Below, piece by piece: positions 27,173-39,791 of a stretch of DNA of 50,834 nucleotides. The position numbers were made by a program, and so were the translations under genes. The notes under the pieces are model-generated. The model worked only from the letters and a program-made list of their open reading frames with translations, made no database searches and was not told where the DNA came from. The stretch is taken from assembly GCA_043811535.1 (NCBI GenBank), contig JBDRNC010000007.1, positions 1 through 50,834 of the forward strand, read 5' to 3'. The number at the start of each line of letters is the position of its first letter. Position 1 is the first letter of the stretch. Origin of the DNA: Elusimicrobiota bacterium. GTDB lineage: Bacteria; Elusimicrobiota; Endomicrobiia; Endomicrobiales; JBDRNC01.

Positions 27173-27856
27173 CTAATTGCTGCCTTTAAAGATCGCTGTT
27201 CCTATTCTTACCATCGTGGCGCCTTCTTCGACGGCTATATCGAAATCGTTGGACATGCCCATTGAAAGCTCTTTCAGCCCCGGATTTGTCTCTTTGGCTT
27301 CGTCAAAGGATTTTTTCACGCGCTTGAAATACGGCCGCGTTTTTTCCGGATCTTCAAAGAAAGGCGCCATGACCATTACACCGGTCACCCTGATGCCTCC
27401 GAAAACCCTGATGAGATTGAGGAAATCGATGAGTTTCGACGGGTCAAGCCCGAATTTGGATTCCTCTTCGGATACTTTCAGTTCCACGAGGCATTCCTGG
27501 ACCTTGTTCAGCTTCTGCGCCTGCTTGTTTATCTCTTCCGCGAGGCGCTCCGAATCCAGCGATTGTATGACGTCAAAGAGCTCTACCGCTTTTTTCGCCT
27601 TGTTCGTCTGCAGGTGGCCTATAAGGTGTTTTTTTACCGACGATATGCCCTTGATATCCGGTAACTTTCTTTCGGCCTCCTGTATCTTGCTTTCGCCTAT
27701 ATGCTGTATTCCCAGAGAAATGCTTTCGCCTATCTGCCAGGCCGGGACTGTTTTCGTGACGGCTATGAGCGTGATGTCGCCGCGGGAGCGGCCGCTTTTC
27801 GCGCATGCTTCAGCAATTTTATCTTCTATCGCGGCAATATTTTCTTGTAATGTCAT
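27173..27856 (-). CDS. yggS: PLP homeostasis protein YggS
   Basis: [32 protein letters not shown]. Confidence 0.95.
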   Translation of the reverse strand: MTLQENIAAIEDKIAEACAKSGRSRGDITLIAVTKTVPAWQIGESISLGIQHIGESKIQEAERKLPDIKGISSVKKHLIGHLQTNKAKKAVELFDVIQSLDSERLAEEINKQAQKLNKVQECLVELKVSEEESKFGLDPSKLIDFLNLIRVFGGIRVTGVMVMAPFFEDPEKTRPYFKRVKKSFDEAKETNPGLKELSMGMSNDFDIAVEEGATMVRIGTAIFKGSN

Positions 27857-28076
27857 TTACTTGTATTTGTGCAAATTTGTCAAGTTTGATTGACGTAAAT
27901 TGCTTTTTGAATCTGCTTTCACGTCCCCCCCACCCTGCCCTCCCCCTCTAGTGGGGAGGGAAAATGGAATTTTAATTAAAGAAAGAAAAAAACCGCGCAA
28001 AACCATAATTTTCGCAGATTTCGCGCAGGGTACTACAAAGTGTAAATTTGATTGATTATTATATCATATTTTTCGT

Positions 28077-28120
28077 AAAAAATGAAGCCCTTTCCCAAGA
28101 TTTTCGGGAAAGGGCCTCAC
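28077..28120 (-). terminator. Intrinsic terminator after groL
   Basis: Minus strand TGAGGCCCTTTCCCGA-AAATC-TTGGGAAAGGGCTTCA followed by T6. Confidence 0.75.
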
Positions 28121-28256
28121 GTATAACTAATAGCCAATTGCTAATGGCTAATTGCTGTCTCTAGTCCACCTCCGCCCACACGACGGGCTTCGGCGGATTT
28201 CGGCTTACTGAAAATACTTCTTATTCATATGCTCCCGATAAATCGGGAGCAGAGCC

Positions 28257-29882
<1,626 letters not shown>

Positions 29883-29900
29883 TCACCTTCCTTTTATTAA

Positions 29901-30185
29901 TTAGAGAATGCCGAGGACGTCGTCCTGGTTCATTATCATGTATTCGACATCGTCAATCTTGACTTCGCTGCCGGAGTATTTTCCGAAAAGGATCTTGTCT
30001 CCGACTTTCACTTCCATCGGGATGAGCTTGCCGTCATCCGCGACCTTGCCTTTGCCTACCGCGACTACTTCGCCTTCCTGCGGTTTTTCCTTTGCGGAAT
30101 CCGGGATTATGATTCCACTCTTTGTTACTTCTTTTTGCTCCAGGGGCTTCACCAGAATCCTGTCGCCAAGCGGTTTGAGCTTCAT
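29901..30185 (-). CDS. groS: Co-chaperonin GroES
   Basis: [26 protein letters not shown]. Confidence 0.98.
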   Translation of the reverse strand: MKLKPLGDRILVKPLEQKEVTKSGIIIPDSAKEKPQEGEVVAVGKGKVADDGKLIPMEVKVGDKILFGKYSGSEVKIDDVEYMIMNQDDVLGIL

Positions 30186-30399
30186 TGTACTTCACCTCCT
30201 TAAATTAATGTCTCATTACATTTCACCTTCCCTCCTTGCGGGGGAAGGCCGGGATGGGGGGTGCCACCCCCACCTTAATCCTCCCACACGGGTGGGGAGA
30301 AAAAATGTTAACTACTGATGCAGCCAGATGTTTTTTGTTCTGCGGGTGTACTGAGGATAATCCTTGCGGTATACATCCTCTGCGTTACTGCGAACAAAA

Positions 30400-30455
30400 T
30401 TAGCACTTGTGTTCTACAAGTGCTAATTATAACAAACCGCTCAGCGGTTTGTCAA
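30400..30455 (-). promoter_or_regulatory. CIRCE (HrcA operator) plus sigma70 promoter of groESL
   Basis: TTAGCACTT-N9-AAGTGCTAA at 30400-30426; minus strand TTGACA-18-TATAAT (30455 to 30426). Confidence 0.9.
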
Positions 30456-30691
30456 GTCCCCCTGCAAAATATTTTAGCAGTTATGTGGCAAGACTGCCAA
30501 TATACTTCAACTAAAAATACTAAACACTAAAAACTAAACTCTAAATAAACCCAAAATCTAAAATATTAAAACCTTAATTTGAGCTTGTAGCTTGTGATTT
30601 ATTTAGTATTTAGAGCTTAGTATTTAGAGTTTACAGAAAGCAACATTTACCGTCGACAATACTTAAGAAATAGCTAAGCAAACCCTAAGTA

Positions 30692-31447
30692 TTAGAACCT
30701 GACTCCCAGTCCTACTGTTCCGCCGATGTCGCCGCTGACGTAATTCGCGGCAAGCTGAAGATATGTAAGCGGTATTAATCCCATATTCACGCCGACTTCG
30801 GCGCGCATGCCGGAACCAGTGCCTTTCATGCCGGGCTGAGGCGTCTGTATCGTAGCATCCGGTTCAACGGAAGCGGAATAGTATCCCACGCCGACATAAG
30901 GATCAATTATGGGCAGGTTGAAGGACGCCATGACCGCGGCATCCATGCCCGTGGCCGTGAATTTGTTTGCGCTCGCTTCAACGTTGAGCATGTTATACGT
31001 GACTTGCGCTGAAATATTGGGCAGGAAGGGCATGCTGTTCTTTAATATGCCGTATCTCAGTCCGCCGCCCGTCATGGCCGCGTTCGCGACTGAGGCATAG
31101 CGGATTATCAGATCCATATTTGAAGGCAGACCGATTTCCAGCTGGCCTACCGGCAGGGTTATATAGCTAAGGTCGGCTGCCTTGACTATTTTGTCCTTAT
31201 CCGGGACGCTTTTCAGGGCCGCGTGAAAACCTATGTCCACACCCGGGAAACCCAGGGATTTGCCGTGGTGGTAGCTCCCCCCGCACATGACCGCGCCCAA
31301 ATCATTGGCAAAATTGTCCAGATTCTCCTGAGCAATTGTAATCGTTACATTTGTTATCTGGTCATTAAACTTGTCAAATGTATCAGAGGCCAAAACCGCC
31401 GAAATTGAAACGAAAAAAACAGATAGTAAAATCAATAACTTTTTCAT
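30692..31447 (-). CDS. Putative outer-membrane beta-barrel protein
   Basis: Signal peptide, beta strands, C-terminal GLGVRF. Confidence 0.7.
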   Translation of the reverse strand: MKKLLILLSVFFVSISAVLASDTFDKFNDQITNVTITIAQENLDNFANDLGAVMCGGSYHHGKSLGFPGVDIGFHAALKSVPDKDKIVKAADLSYITLPVGQLEIGLPSNMDLIIRYASVANAAMTGGGLRYGILKNSMPFLPNISAQVTYNMLNVEASANKFTATGMDAAVMASFNLPIIDPYVGVGYYSASVEPDATIQTPQPGMKGTGSGMRAEVGVNMGLIPLTYLQLAANYVSGDIGGTVGLGVRF

Positions 31448-31527
31448 CTCTCCTCCTTTTATTCTTTAACAAATAGTTACTAACATACTTATCCACACTA
31501 TCAACATGCGCACTTTCCACAAAACTA

Positions 31528-32325
31528 TCAACAACCCTGTGCTTTCCTGTTATTATCCCAAATTATGCGAATACCTTCAAGCGTTAACTCCGGTATTTCG
31601 CGCTTGATTTCCTTTATTTCCTTGATTATGGTCCCGGACAGCCCCCCAGTGGCGACCACTACCGGGTTGCCCCTCATGTCCCTTTTGACCAGTTTTAGTA
31701 TCTCGCGGATAAGGCCTACATAGCCGAAATATACCCCCGACTGGATGCAGGCTATGGTTGACCTGCCTATCACCCTTGCGGGTTTTACGATGTCCACCAT
31801 AGGCAGTTTGGCCGTTTTCTTTGCCAGCGCCTCGGCCGCTATTCTGGGACCTGGCGCTATCACGCCTCCGATATACTCGCCTTTCGCGTTGATGCAGTCA
31901 AACGTTGTGGCCGTACCGAAATCTATGACAATTACCGCTTTCTTGTACATCCTGTAGGCCGCCGCGGCGTTCGCGAGCCGGTCGGCGCCCATCTCCGAAA
32001 TGTCGCCATAGTGGACCTTCACCGGCATCTTCTTGTCATATGTAGCGAAAAAGGCCTTGCTCTTGAAATATTTTCGGACCATCTGCTTGAAAGAGCCGTC
32101 CAGATCCGGCACAACACTTGCTATGGCCACCGCGTCCACATCTTTGGCGTCCAGGCCGTCGTAATGGAAAAGGTCAAGGATCTTTATCCCGTATTCGTCG
32201 GCGGTCTTGTTCTTATTGGTCTCAAGGCGCCAGATCTTAAACGGTTTTTGGACGGCCTTCCCGTTTTTTAGGCGAAACACGCCCAGAGTGATGTTGGTAT
32301 TGCCGATGTCTATAGTTAGTAACAT
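31528..32325 (-). CDS. coaX: Type III pantothenate kinase
   Basis: DIGNTN, GADR, DFGTATT, ATGG. Confidence 0.95.
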   Translation of the reverse strand: MLLTIDIGNTNITLGVFRLKNGKAVQKPFKIWRLETNKNKTADEYGIKILDLFHYDGLDAKDVDAVAIASVVPDLDGSFKQMVRKYFKSKAFFATYDKKMPVKVHYGDISEMGADRLANAAAAYRMYKKAVIVIDFGTATTFDCINAKGEYIGGVIAPGPRIAAEALAKKTAKLPMVDIVKPARVIGRSTIACIQSGVYFGYVGLIREILKLVKRDMRGNPVVVATGGLSGTIIKEIKEIKREIPELTLEGIRIIWDNNRKAQGC

Positions 32326-32419
32326 AATTAATGCCGTATCTCGGGACTCGTATCTAGTATCTCGTTAACGTCTTTAACCTTTAATAAACCACGAACGACG
32401 AGATGCGAGATACGAGATA

Positions 32420-32944
32420 CTATTTGTTAAGAAATATATCATTTCCGTTCGCGTCAATTGCTACGATTACTGGAAAATCAACCACATCCATGCGGTATAT
32501 CGCTTCAGGGCCGAGGTCTTCAAACGCGGCAACCTCGCATTTTCTTACTTTTCCCGCCAGCAACGCCGCCACGCCGCCTGTCGCAACGAGATAAACGGCC
32601 TTATATCTTTTCAAAGCGTCTTTCACCGCCTGCGACCTCGCTCCCTTGCCGATAAAGGCCTTTACGCCGAGTTCCAGCATCATCGGCGTGTGGCCGTCCA
32701 TCCTTGATGACGTCGTCGGCCCGCAGGCTCCGACGGCATTTCCGGGCTTCGCAGGTGCCGGCCCGCAGTAATATATCACCGAACCCTTTAATAATGCCAA
32801 TACCGATCCCGCATCGGTACCAGCGGCAATGCGCGCGTGCGCCGCGTCCCTCGCGGTATAAATAGTGCCCGAAAGCAGTATCTTATCCCCCGCTTTTAAG
32901 CCGCTTATTCCTGCTATCAGTTTATCTACGGTGTATTCTTTCAT
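32420..32944 (-). CDS. Fe-S fumarate hydratase, beta subunit
   Basis: TARDAAH, GPTTSSRM, IGKG, DLGPEA. Confidence 0.93.
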   Translation of the reverse strand: MKEYTVDKLIAGISGLKAGDKILLSGTIYTARDAAHARIAAGTDAGSVLALLKGSVIYYCGPAPAKPGNAVGACGPTTSSRMDGHTPMMLELGVKAFIGKGARSQAVKDALKRYKAVYLVATGGVAALLAGKVRKCEVAAFEDLGPEAIYRMDVVDFPVIVAIDANGNDIFLNK

Positions 32945-33078
32945 ATTTATCGATGAATTACAGATTACAAATGACCTGTAAGGTCATTCCCGCGGATTGT
33001 AAGCGGGAATCCATTTAAATACTTATCATGTATCCCCGATTAATACTTTCGGGGATGACACTGCGTGTCAATTTGTAA

Positions 33079-33918
33079 TTAAATAATTTCTGTCATCCTA
33101 CGGCATGAGTGGCACTGGATGCTGACGGCCACAGGGAGCGAAGCGATGTGGCACGGCGCGGCTTCAATGTGCACCGCGAACGCCGTCGTATTTCCGCCGA
33201 GGCCCATCGGGCCGATGCCGGTCTCGTTTATCTCTTTCAGGAGCTCGTTTTCCTTTTTCGCGTAATCAGTGTTCGTATTCGGCTCTCCTATTTTGCGCAG
33301 CAGAGCTTTCTTGGCGATGCCGGCTACCGACGAGAAACTTCCTCCTATGCCGACGCCGACTATTATGGGCGGGCAGGCGTTGACCGCGGCTTTCGCGGTC
33401 TGCAGGATGAACTCCTTTATCCCTTCCCAGCCGGCTGAGGGCGGAAGCATCTTGAGGGCGCTCGCGTTCTCCGAGCCGGCGCCTTTGGGAAGAACCGTTA
33501 TCTCTATTTTATTCCCGGGAACTATCTCGGAATATATATTGGCGGGGGTGTTGTCGCCCGTGTTCTTTCTTTCCAGCGGGTCGCTGACGACGGATTTACG
33601 CAGGTATCCCTTTTTATAGCCCTCCGCGGCGCCCTTATTGACCGCTTCCGCCAGAGTGCCGCCGGTTATCTCAACTTCCTGGCCTATTTTAAGAAAAATA
33701 TCCGTTATTCCGGTGTCCTGGCAGAGCGGGATGCCTTTCGTTCCGGCTAATTTCGCGTTCTCAACTATCTGTCCCAGGATTTCCTTGGCGGTGTCTGATT
33801 TTTCCTTCCTGTAGGCCTCGCCGGCGGCGCGCAGGACGTCCTCGGGAAGCAGGAAGTTCGCCTGAGTGCATAAGCGGGCGACAGTTTCTGTGATTTTAGA
33901 CGACTTTATTTCGCGCAT
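33079..33918 (-). CDS. Fe-S fumarate hydratase, alpha subunit
   Basis: PLCQDTG, KGAGSEN, NACPP, GIGPMGLGG, CHIASLP; start MREIKS. Confidence 0.93.
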   Translation of the reverse strand: MREIKSSKITETVARLCTQANFLLPEDVLRAAGEAYRKEKSDTAKEILGQIVENAKLAGTKGIPLCQDTGITDIFLKIGQEVEITGGTLAEAVNKGAAEGYKKGYLRKSVVSDPLERKNTGDNTPANIYSEIVPGNKIEITVLPKGAGSENASALKMLPPSAGWEGIKEFILQTAKAAVNACPPIIVGVGIGGSFSSVAGIAKKALLRKIGEPNTNTDYAKKENELLKEINETGIGPMGLGGNTTAFAVHIEAAPCHIASLPVAVSIQCHSCRRMTEII

Positions 33919-34091
33919 TGTTATCAATTTGTCATTGCGAACGAAGTGAAGCAATCTGACCCTTTAGGGTCACTGCGAGGTCACTTTAGTGACCGTGGCA
34001 GTCTCGGTCTCTGGGATCACCACGGAGCCCTAAAGGGCTCCTCGTGATGACACTTCGTGTCAGATTGCCGCGCCCTTCGGGCTCGCAATGA

Positions 34092-35423
34092 CTACTTTTT
34101 CATTTTTATGAAGCCGCGTTTCATCATCATCTGAGTTATGCCGCGGCTGCGTTTGATTATATTCTTCGCGTCGGAGTAAATCTTTGATTTTGATATTTTT
34201 CTTCCTGCAAGGCCGAGTTCTATGGCTTTCGCGCCCACGGCGGCCGCTGTCCTGGGGTAGATTTCCCAGTCGTCCATCGTCGGCAGGAGTTTATCCGGCC
34301 TGAGCGAGCTTGATTTTATGCAATTGGCTATCTCAACCGCCGCGGTTATGCACATCTCGTCGGTAATGGTGTTCGCGCGCACGTCCAAAGTCCCGCGGAA
34401 CACGCCAGGGAAACCGAGCGAGTTGTTGACCTGGTTTGGAAAATCGCTCCTGCCGGTCGCGACAACGGCCGCGCCCGCATCTTTGGCTTCCCACGGCCAA
34501 ATCTCGGGCGTCGGGTTGGCGCAGGCAAAGACTATCGCTTTTTTCGCCATCTTCGCGATCCATTCTTTCCTGATTATGCCGGGGCCGGGCGTTGAAAGAG
34601 CTATGACAGCGTCGGCATTCTCCAGCGCTTCTGGTATGCCGCCCTGCAGTTGTCCGTAATTTGTCGACTGGCACATCTCCCATTTTTCCGGGTACCTGCC
34701 CGCCAGTTCGGTACGCCCCTTGTGAAGCACGCCTTTTGAATCGGTCATGATGATATTTCCGGGTTTGGCGCCGTAACTCATCAGCAGGCGGGCTATGCAG
34801 ATATTAGCCGCGCCGGCGCCGATAAGCGTTATCCTGATATCGTGTATCTTTTTTCCGACAACCTTCAAAGCGTTGATGAGCCCGGCGAGCGTCACGAGGG
34901 CCGTTCCCTGCTGGTCGTCGTGCCAGACGGGAATGCTGCACTCGGCGCGCAGGCGGTTGAGTATGGGAAAGCATTTCGGCTGTTCTATATCCTCAAGGTT
35001 TATCCCGCCGAAAGAGGGCTGGAGGATTTTCACCGTGGATATTATGGTTTCCTGGTCCTTTGTTCCGAGCATTATTGGAAAAGCGTCCACGCCGCCGAGG
35101 TACTTGAAAAGAAGTGCTTTTCCTTCCATTACGGGCAATCCCGCTTCGGGGCCTATGTCGCCCAAACCCAGCACCCGCGAGCCGTCGCTGACGACGGCCA
35201 CTGTGTTCCACTTGTTGGTGAACTCATAGACAAGTTCCGGCGTCTTCTGTATATCCTTGCATACCGCGGCCACTCCCGGGGTGTACCAGATGGCGAAATC
35301 GTTGAAGTCCTTTACGCGGCACTTTGGCACAGTTTCCATCTTCCCGCGGTAGAACGGGTGGAGAATTCTCGCGTCTTTCGCGGGTTTCTCCGCGGCCTTG
35401 AGCAGCTTGTCCACGTTTTTCAT
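34092..35423 (-). CDS. NAD(P)-dependent malic enzyme
   Basis: YTPGVA, MEGKALLFK, NLEDI, HDDQQGT, GAGAA, TGRSDFPNQVNN. Confidence 0.95.
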   Translation of the reverse strand: MKNVDKLLKAAEKPAKDARILHPFYRGKMETVPKCRVKDFNDFAIWYTPGVAAVCKDIQKTPELVYEFTNKWNTVAVVSDGSRVLGLGDIGPEAGLPVMEGKALLFKYLGGVDAFPIMLGTKDQETIISTVKILQPSFGGINLEDIEQPKCFPILNRLRAECSIPVWHDDQQGTALVTLAGLINALKVVGKKIHDIRITLIGAGAANICIARLLMSYGAKPGNIIMTDSKGVLHKGRTELAGRYPEKWEMCQSTNYGQLQGGIPEALENADAVIALSTPGPGIIRKEWIAKMAKKAIVFACANPTPEIWPWEAKDAGAAVVATGRSDFPNQVNNSLGFPGVFRGTLDVRANTITDEMCITAAVEIANCIKSSSLRPDKLLPTMDDWEIYPRTAAAVGAKAIELGLAGRKISKSKIYSDAKNIIKRSRGITQMMMKRGFIKMKK

Positions 35424-35658
35424 TTAATAGGTCACCTTTCTGTTTGAACATCTTTTGTACTTTATCCGCCGCCGCGGATTTTACCCTGCGGGGTACTCCT
35501 ATAAAATTATTTTAAGGTTGTCGGCTACGCTCAACATTATACCTAAAATGAAAAAACGGTTCAAATTATGAACCGTCGATTGACTTATGCTATTAGCAAT
35601 TTGCCATTAGCGATTAGTCACTAACTAATTGCCAATTGCTAATAGCTAATTGCTGCCG

Positions 35659-36735
35659 TTAGACGTTGGCTTCTGAAAAATCCTTAAGGTATATCCCGAC
35701 TACTTGGGGGTCAAAGCGCGTTTCCTGGCCTTGCTTGAGCATCTGGCGTATCTTGTCTTCCGCGTAACCGCTCATGCGCATCTCTTCCACGGCTTCGGCG
35801 AGCCCCACAATCCTGGCGCCTACCGGGATAGCGTCCCCCGTAAGGTTATCGGGGTATCCGGTGCCGTCAAAATTCTCGTGGTGATGGCGAATTACGGGGG
35901 CCGCGCCATTGAGCAGGTTGACGTTCCTTATCATCTCCGCGCCTATTTTTGGATGGTTCATTTCGGGGCTGCGGTCCCTGGATGTAACGACGCCTTCGGT
36001 TATGGTAACGCCGCCTTGTGAATGCAAGAGCCCTATGTCGTGCAAAAGCGCGCCGTAATATATGTCCTTATACTCCTTCCCGTCCAGGCCCATCGCTCTT
36101 GCGATGCTCGTCGAAAGCTGGGCAACGCGCCATGAGTGTCCGGTAAGTTTCGGGTCGCGCGATTCTATGGCGGAAATGAGTATCTCTATAGTGTTAACGA
36201 AAAAGTTGCGCTGGTCCTCGGACATCCTCGCGTTGTTTATGCTGACGGCCGCAAGAGCCGCAAGGCTCTCAAGGGTTTTGAGGTCCGCGTCGCTGAAGCC
36301 GGCCGGGTCTCTTTTATTCAGGACTTCCATTATGCCTACAAGCTCGTTCTCAAAGAACATCGGAACGCAGATTATCGATTTGGTCACGAATCCCGACGAC
36401 TTGTCCATCTTGCCGGTGAATCTGGGGTCCGAGGCAACGTCGTTGACTATCAAAGACTTCCTGTCCTGCGCGACGCTGCCCGCTATGCCTTCGCCGACTT
36501 TCACCTTCATCTTCTGGATCATGCCGCCTTTTTCGCCGCTGGCGACCTTGAACGACAGCGTCTGGCCGTTGTCGTCCATGAGCATTATGGATGAGGCGTC
36601 GGAGTCAAGCAGTCTTTCCGCGACGGTATCTATCTTCTTGAGCAAAGTGTCTACGTCGAGCACCGAAGAGAGGCTCTTCGCTATCTCAAAAATCTCTTTC
36701 AGGTTTTCCGTTGAGTAATTAGAGCTTCCTGACAT
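35659..36735 (-). CDS. GAF + HD-GYP domain protein
   Basis: GAF (GEGIAG, DPRF, SIICVP); HS.RVA, LHDIG, HHENFDGTGYP. Confidence 0.9.
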   Translation of the reverse strand: MSGSSNYSTENLKEIFEIAKSLSSVLDVDTLLKKIDTVAERLLDSDASSIMLMDDNGQTLSFKVASGEKGGMIQKMKVKVGEGIAGSVAQDRKSLIVNDVASDPRFTGKMDKSSGFVTKSIICVPMFFENELVGIMEVLNKRDPAGFSDADLKTLESLAALAAVSINNARMSEDQRNFFVNTIEILISAIESRDPKLTGHSWRVAQLSTSIARAMGLDGKEYKDIYYGALLHDIGLLHSQGGVTITEGVVTSRDRSPEMNHPKIGAEMIRNVNLLNGAAPVIRHHHENFDGTGYPDNLTGDAIPVGARIVGLAEAVEEMRMSGYAEDKIRQMLKQGQETRFDPQVVGIYLKDFSEANV

Positions 36736-36750
36736 GATATTTATCCCTTT

Positions 36751-36872
36751 ACCCCGTTAGAGGCAGGCCGCCATGGGCGTCCGCGCTGCTAACAAGCAAT
36801 ACTTATGTCATTTCAAATATCTCTTTTCAACACTAATCCAACAAACCGCCGTTTGTGTGCCTCTAACGGGGT
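36751..36872. mobile_element. Non-coding MITE with TIRs matching the GIY-YIG element
   Basis: ACCCCGTTAGAGGCA (36751-36765) and TGCCTCTAACGGGGT (36858-36872). Confidence 0.75.
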
Positions 36873-38600
36873 TTATTGCGCTGTGGCAAGAACCTCTTCT
36901 ATCGTCGTGACGCCTTTAGCCGCCTTCCACAAGCCGTCTTCAAGCAGCGTGCGCATCCCGTTCTTTTTCGCAAGCTCGCGTACCGGGCCCGCGGCGATTT
37001 CTTTGAGAACCAGCGAGCGCAGGGGGTCGTCCATCACGAGGAGCTCGTGGATGCCGGCGCGGCCCTTGTATCCGGTGCCGTTGCAGACGTCGCAGCCGCG
37101 GCCCTTGTAAAAAGTGGCGCTGGAAATGTCTATGTTGTGCTTCTTGTAATAATCAAGGTACTCCTCGGCAGGCGTGTATTTTTCCTTGCACTCGGCGCAG
37201 ACTTTTCTCAAAAGGCGCTGGGCGAGTATGCACTCCAGCGAAGAGGATATAAGGAAACTCGGCACGCCCATCTCGTGCAGGCGCGCGACGGAGGACGGCG
37301 CGTCGTTCGTATGGATAGTTGAGAAGACCAAATGGCCGGTCATCGCGGCTTCCATCGCTATCTGAGCGGTTTCCTTGTCGCGGATTTCGCCGACCATTAT
37401 GACGTCGGGGTCCTGACGCAGGAACGAGCGCAGGGCCGTGGAGAAGTCAAAGCCGATTTCCTGAACGACGTTAACCTGTATGATGCCGGGAAGGTTGTAT
37501 TCCACCGGGTTTTCCGCGGTAAGTATCTTTGAATCGGGAGAATTAATGGAGTTTAAAGCGGCGTAAAGCGTCGTGGATTTTCCGGAGCCTGTCGGCCCGC
37601 AGACAAGTACAAGCCCGTAGGGCTTTTCCAGCGATATCTTGAATTTTTCAAGCGTGTCCGGTATGAATCCCAATTTATCCATGTCCACGCGGACAGAGGC
37701 GCGGTCCAGCACGCGCATGACGCACGATTCGCCGAACACGGTCGGCACTATGTTGACGCGGAACTCGACGGGGTTGCCTTTCGCCAGTATCTGTATGCGG
37801 CCGTCCTGCGGCCTGCGGCGCTCGGTTATATCCATCTGCTCCGTCATGATCTTCAGTTTCGCTATGACAGCGTTGCGGAAAGAGAACGGTATCTGGAACG
37901 GCGCTTCGCGAAGTTCGCCGTCAATCCTGTAACGGACGATAAATTTGGATTCAAACGGCTCTATGTGTATGTCGGAGGCCTTCTGCTGGAGGGCGCCGAG
38001 TATTATGGCGTTAACGAGCCGTTCCACTTCCGGAGCGGAGGCGTCAATATCCGTGACATCAACCTTCTGCTCGCTTTCCCTCTGGAGTTTCAGCTCGCTC
38101 TCGCTGGTCTCTGTCAGCTCGCCGATGATCTGGTCAAGTTTGACGGAAGAAGCGAGCCCGTAGGCTTTATCAAGGGCTTTTGTGATGTCTTCGGGGAACG
38201 CAAGATAGGGCTGGACTTCAAAGTTGGTGCGGAGCTGTATGTCTTCTATTACGAAAAAGTCGCGCGGGTCCGACATCGCGACGAAAAGGACATTCTCTTC
38301 TTTTACGAACGGGACGGCCCTGTGCCGGCGGGCCGCCGCTTCCGGTATGACCTTCACGGTTTCAGGGTCTATCTCAATTTCGTCGAGATTGACGGCCTTC
38401 ACGCCCCACTCCTGGGACAGCGTGCGCAGAAGGTCCACCCTGCTCATGAAATTCAGCCGGACCACGGTGGACTGTAGCGGTTCGTTGATTTTCTTTGATT
38501 CCTCCAGGGCCTGGTTCAACTGCTCTTCGTTCAGCAGCTTGTTGTCCTGGAGTATTTCTTTGACTGTTTTTCTGCGGACAGCGCCTTTGGGAGGACTCAT
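36873..38600 (-). CDS. PilB/GspE family secretion ATPase
   Basis: ASDIHIEP, RPQDGR, GPTGSGKSTT, LRQDPDVIMVGEIRD, GHLVFSTIHTN, Zn Cys pairs. Confidence 0.95.
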   Translation of the reverse strand: MSPPKGAVRRKTVKEILQDNKLLNEEQLNQALEESKKINEPLQSTVVRLNFMSRVDLLRTLSQEWGVKAVNLDEIEIDPETVKVIPEAAARRHRAVPFVKEENVLFVAMSDPRDFFVIEDIQLRTNFEVQPYLAFPEDITKALDKAYGLASSVKLDQIIGELTETSESELKLQRESEQKVDVTDIDASAPEVERLVNAIILGALQQKASDIHIEPFESKFIVRYRIDGELREAPFQIPFSFRNAVIAKLKIMTEQMDITERRRPQDGRIQILAKGNPVEFRVNIVPTVFGESCVMRVLDRASVRVDMDKLGFIPDTLEKFKISLEKPYGLVLVCGPTGSGKSTTLYAALNSINSPDSKILTAENPVEYNLPGIIQVNVVQEIGFDFSTALRSFLRQDPDVIMVGEIRDKETAQIAMEAAMTGHLVFSTIHTNDAPSSVARLHEMGVPSFLISSSLECILAQRLLRKVCAECKEKYTPAEEYLDYYKKHNIDISSATFYKGRGCDVCNGTGYKGRAGIHELLVMDDPLRSLVLKEIAAGPVRELAKKNGMRTLLEDGLWKAAKGVTTIEEVLATAQ

Positions 38601-38640
38601 TTTCTATCCTTTCATTTCTGAAAAGCTTCGTGCATCTGCG

Positions 38641-39744
38641 TTACACTATGCACTCTCCGGTCTGTGGATGGAAAATATGCGTTTTGTTCAGATTGACCAC
38701 GAGCTCTATGACCTGGTTCGGTTTTGCCTGGTTGTGGGGTTCCACTTTCGCCACAAGCGTATTCTTGCCCGTGTTAAGATGGAGGTATATTTCGCTTCCG
38801 AGCGGTTCCACAACGTCAACGGTGGCGCTCATAAGGTTCCCTTCCTTCGGGCCGAGCGTGTAAAAAAGCTTGTCGTATATGTCTTCAGGGCGCACTCCCA
38901 GAGCCACCTTCTGGCCCTTGAAAGGCATTACCGCCGCCTTGAACTTAGCCGGGAGCTTTATCTCGAACATTCCCTCGTTCAGGAACAGGTTATCCCCGCG
39001 TTCAATAACGTCGGTGTCCACAAAATTCATCGGGGGGCTGCCTATGAAGCCCGCGACGAACTTATTGTTGGGCCTGTCGTAAAGGCTTATCGGTCCGTCC
39101 ACCTGCTGTATGACTCCGTCTTTCATCACGCATATCTTGTCGCCCATCGTCATGGCTTCAGTCTGGTCGTGCGTGACGTATACTATGGTACACTGGAGTT
39201 TTTCGTGAAGTTTCTTAAGCTCGGCTCTCATCTGGACGCGCAGTTTCGCGTCAAGGTTTGAAAGGGGTTCGTCGAAAAGGAATACTTTGGGTTTTCTAAC
39301 TATGGCCCTGCCGACAGCCACGCGCTGGCGCTGCCCGCCGCTCAGCTGTTTCGGGCGCCGTTCAAGCAGGTGGCCTATGCTAAGTATATCGGCTGCTTCC
39401 CTGACGCGTATGTCTATCTCTTTTTTGCTGTAGCCGCGCAGTTTAAGGCCGAAAGCCATGTTCTCGTAGACCGACATGTGCGGGTAAAGCGCGTAGTTCT
39501 GGAAGACCATCGCGATATCGCGGTCCTTGGGAGGAAGGTCGTTCACCCTGCGGTCCCCGATATATACATCGCCCGACGTGATATCTTCAAGCCCCGCTAT
39601 CATTCGAAGGGTCGTAGTTTTGCCGCAACCGCTGGGGCCTACAAGTATGCAGAACTCTTTATCTTGAATCTCGAGGTTAAAATCCTTGACTACTTCAACA
39701 TCACCGAATTTCTTCCAGATCTTTTCCAACATTACCCGAGCCAT
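38641..39744 (-). CDS. Sugar ABC transporter ATP-binding protein (MsmK/UgpC type)
   Basis: GPSGCGKTT, VFQNYALYPH, LSGGQRQR, DEPLSNLD, TOBE domain. Confidence 0.95.
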   Translation of the reverse strand: MARVMLEKIWKKFGDVEVVKDFNLEIQDKEFCILVGPSGCGKTTTLRMIAGLEDITSGDVYIGDRRVNDLPPKDRDIAMVFQNYALYPHMSVYENMAFGLKLRGYSKKEIDIRVREAADILSIGHLLERRPKQLSGGQRQRVAVGRAIVRKPKVFLFDEPLSNLDAKLRVQMRAELKKLHEKLQCTIVYVTHDQTEAMTMGDKICVMKDGVIQQVDGPISLYDRPNNKFVAGFIGSPPMNFVDTDVIERGDNLFLNEGMFEIKLPAKFKAAVMPFKGQKVALGVRPEDIYDKLFYTLGPKEGNLMSATVDVVEPLGSEIYLHLNTGKNTLVAKVEPHNQAKPNQVIELVVNLNKTHIFHPQTGECIV

Positions 39745-39791
39745 CGATACCCTCCTAATTATTCCAGAAATTACCTTATTTTTGTATCCAA

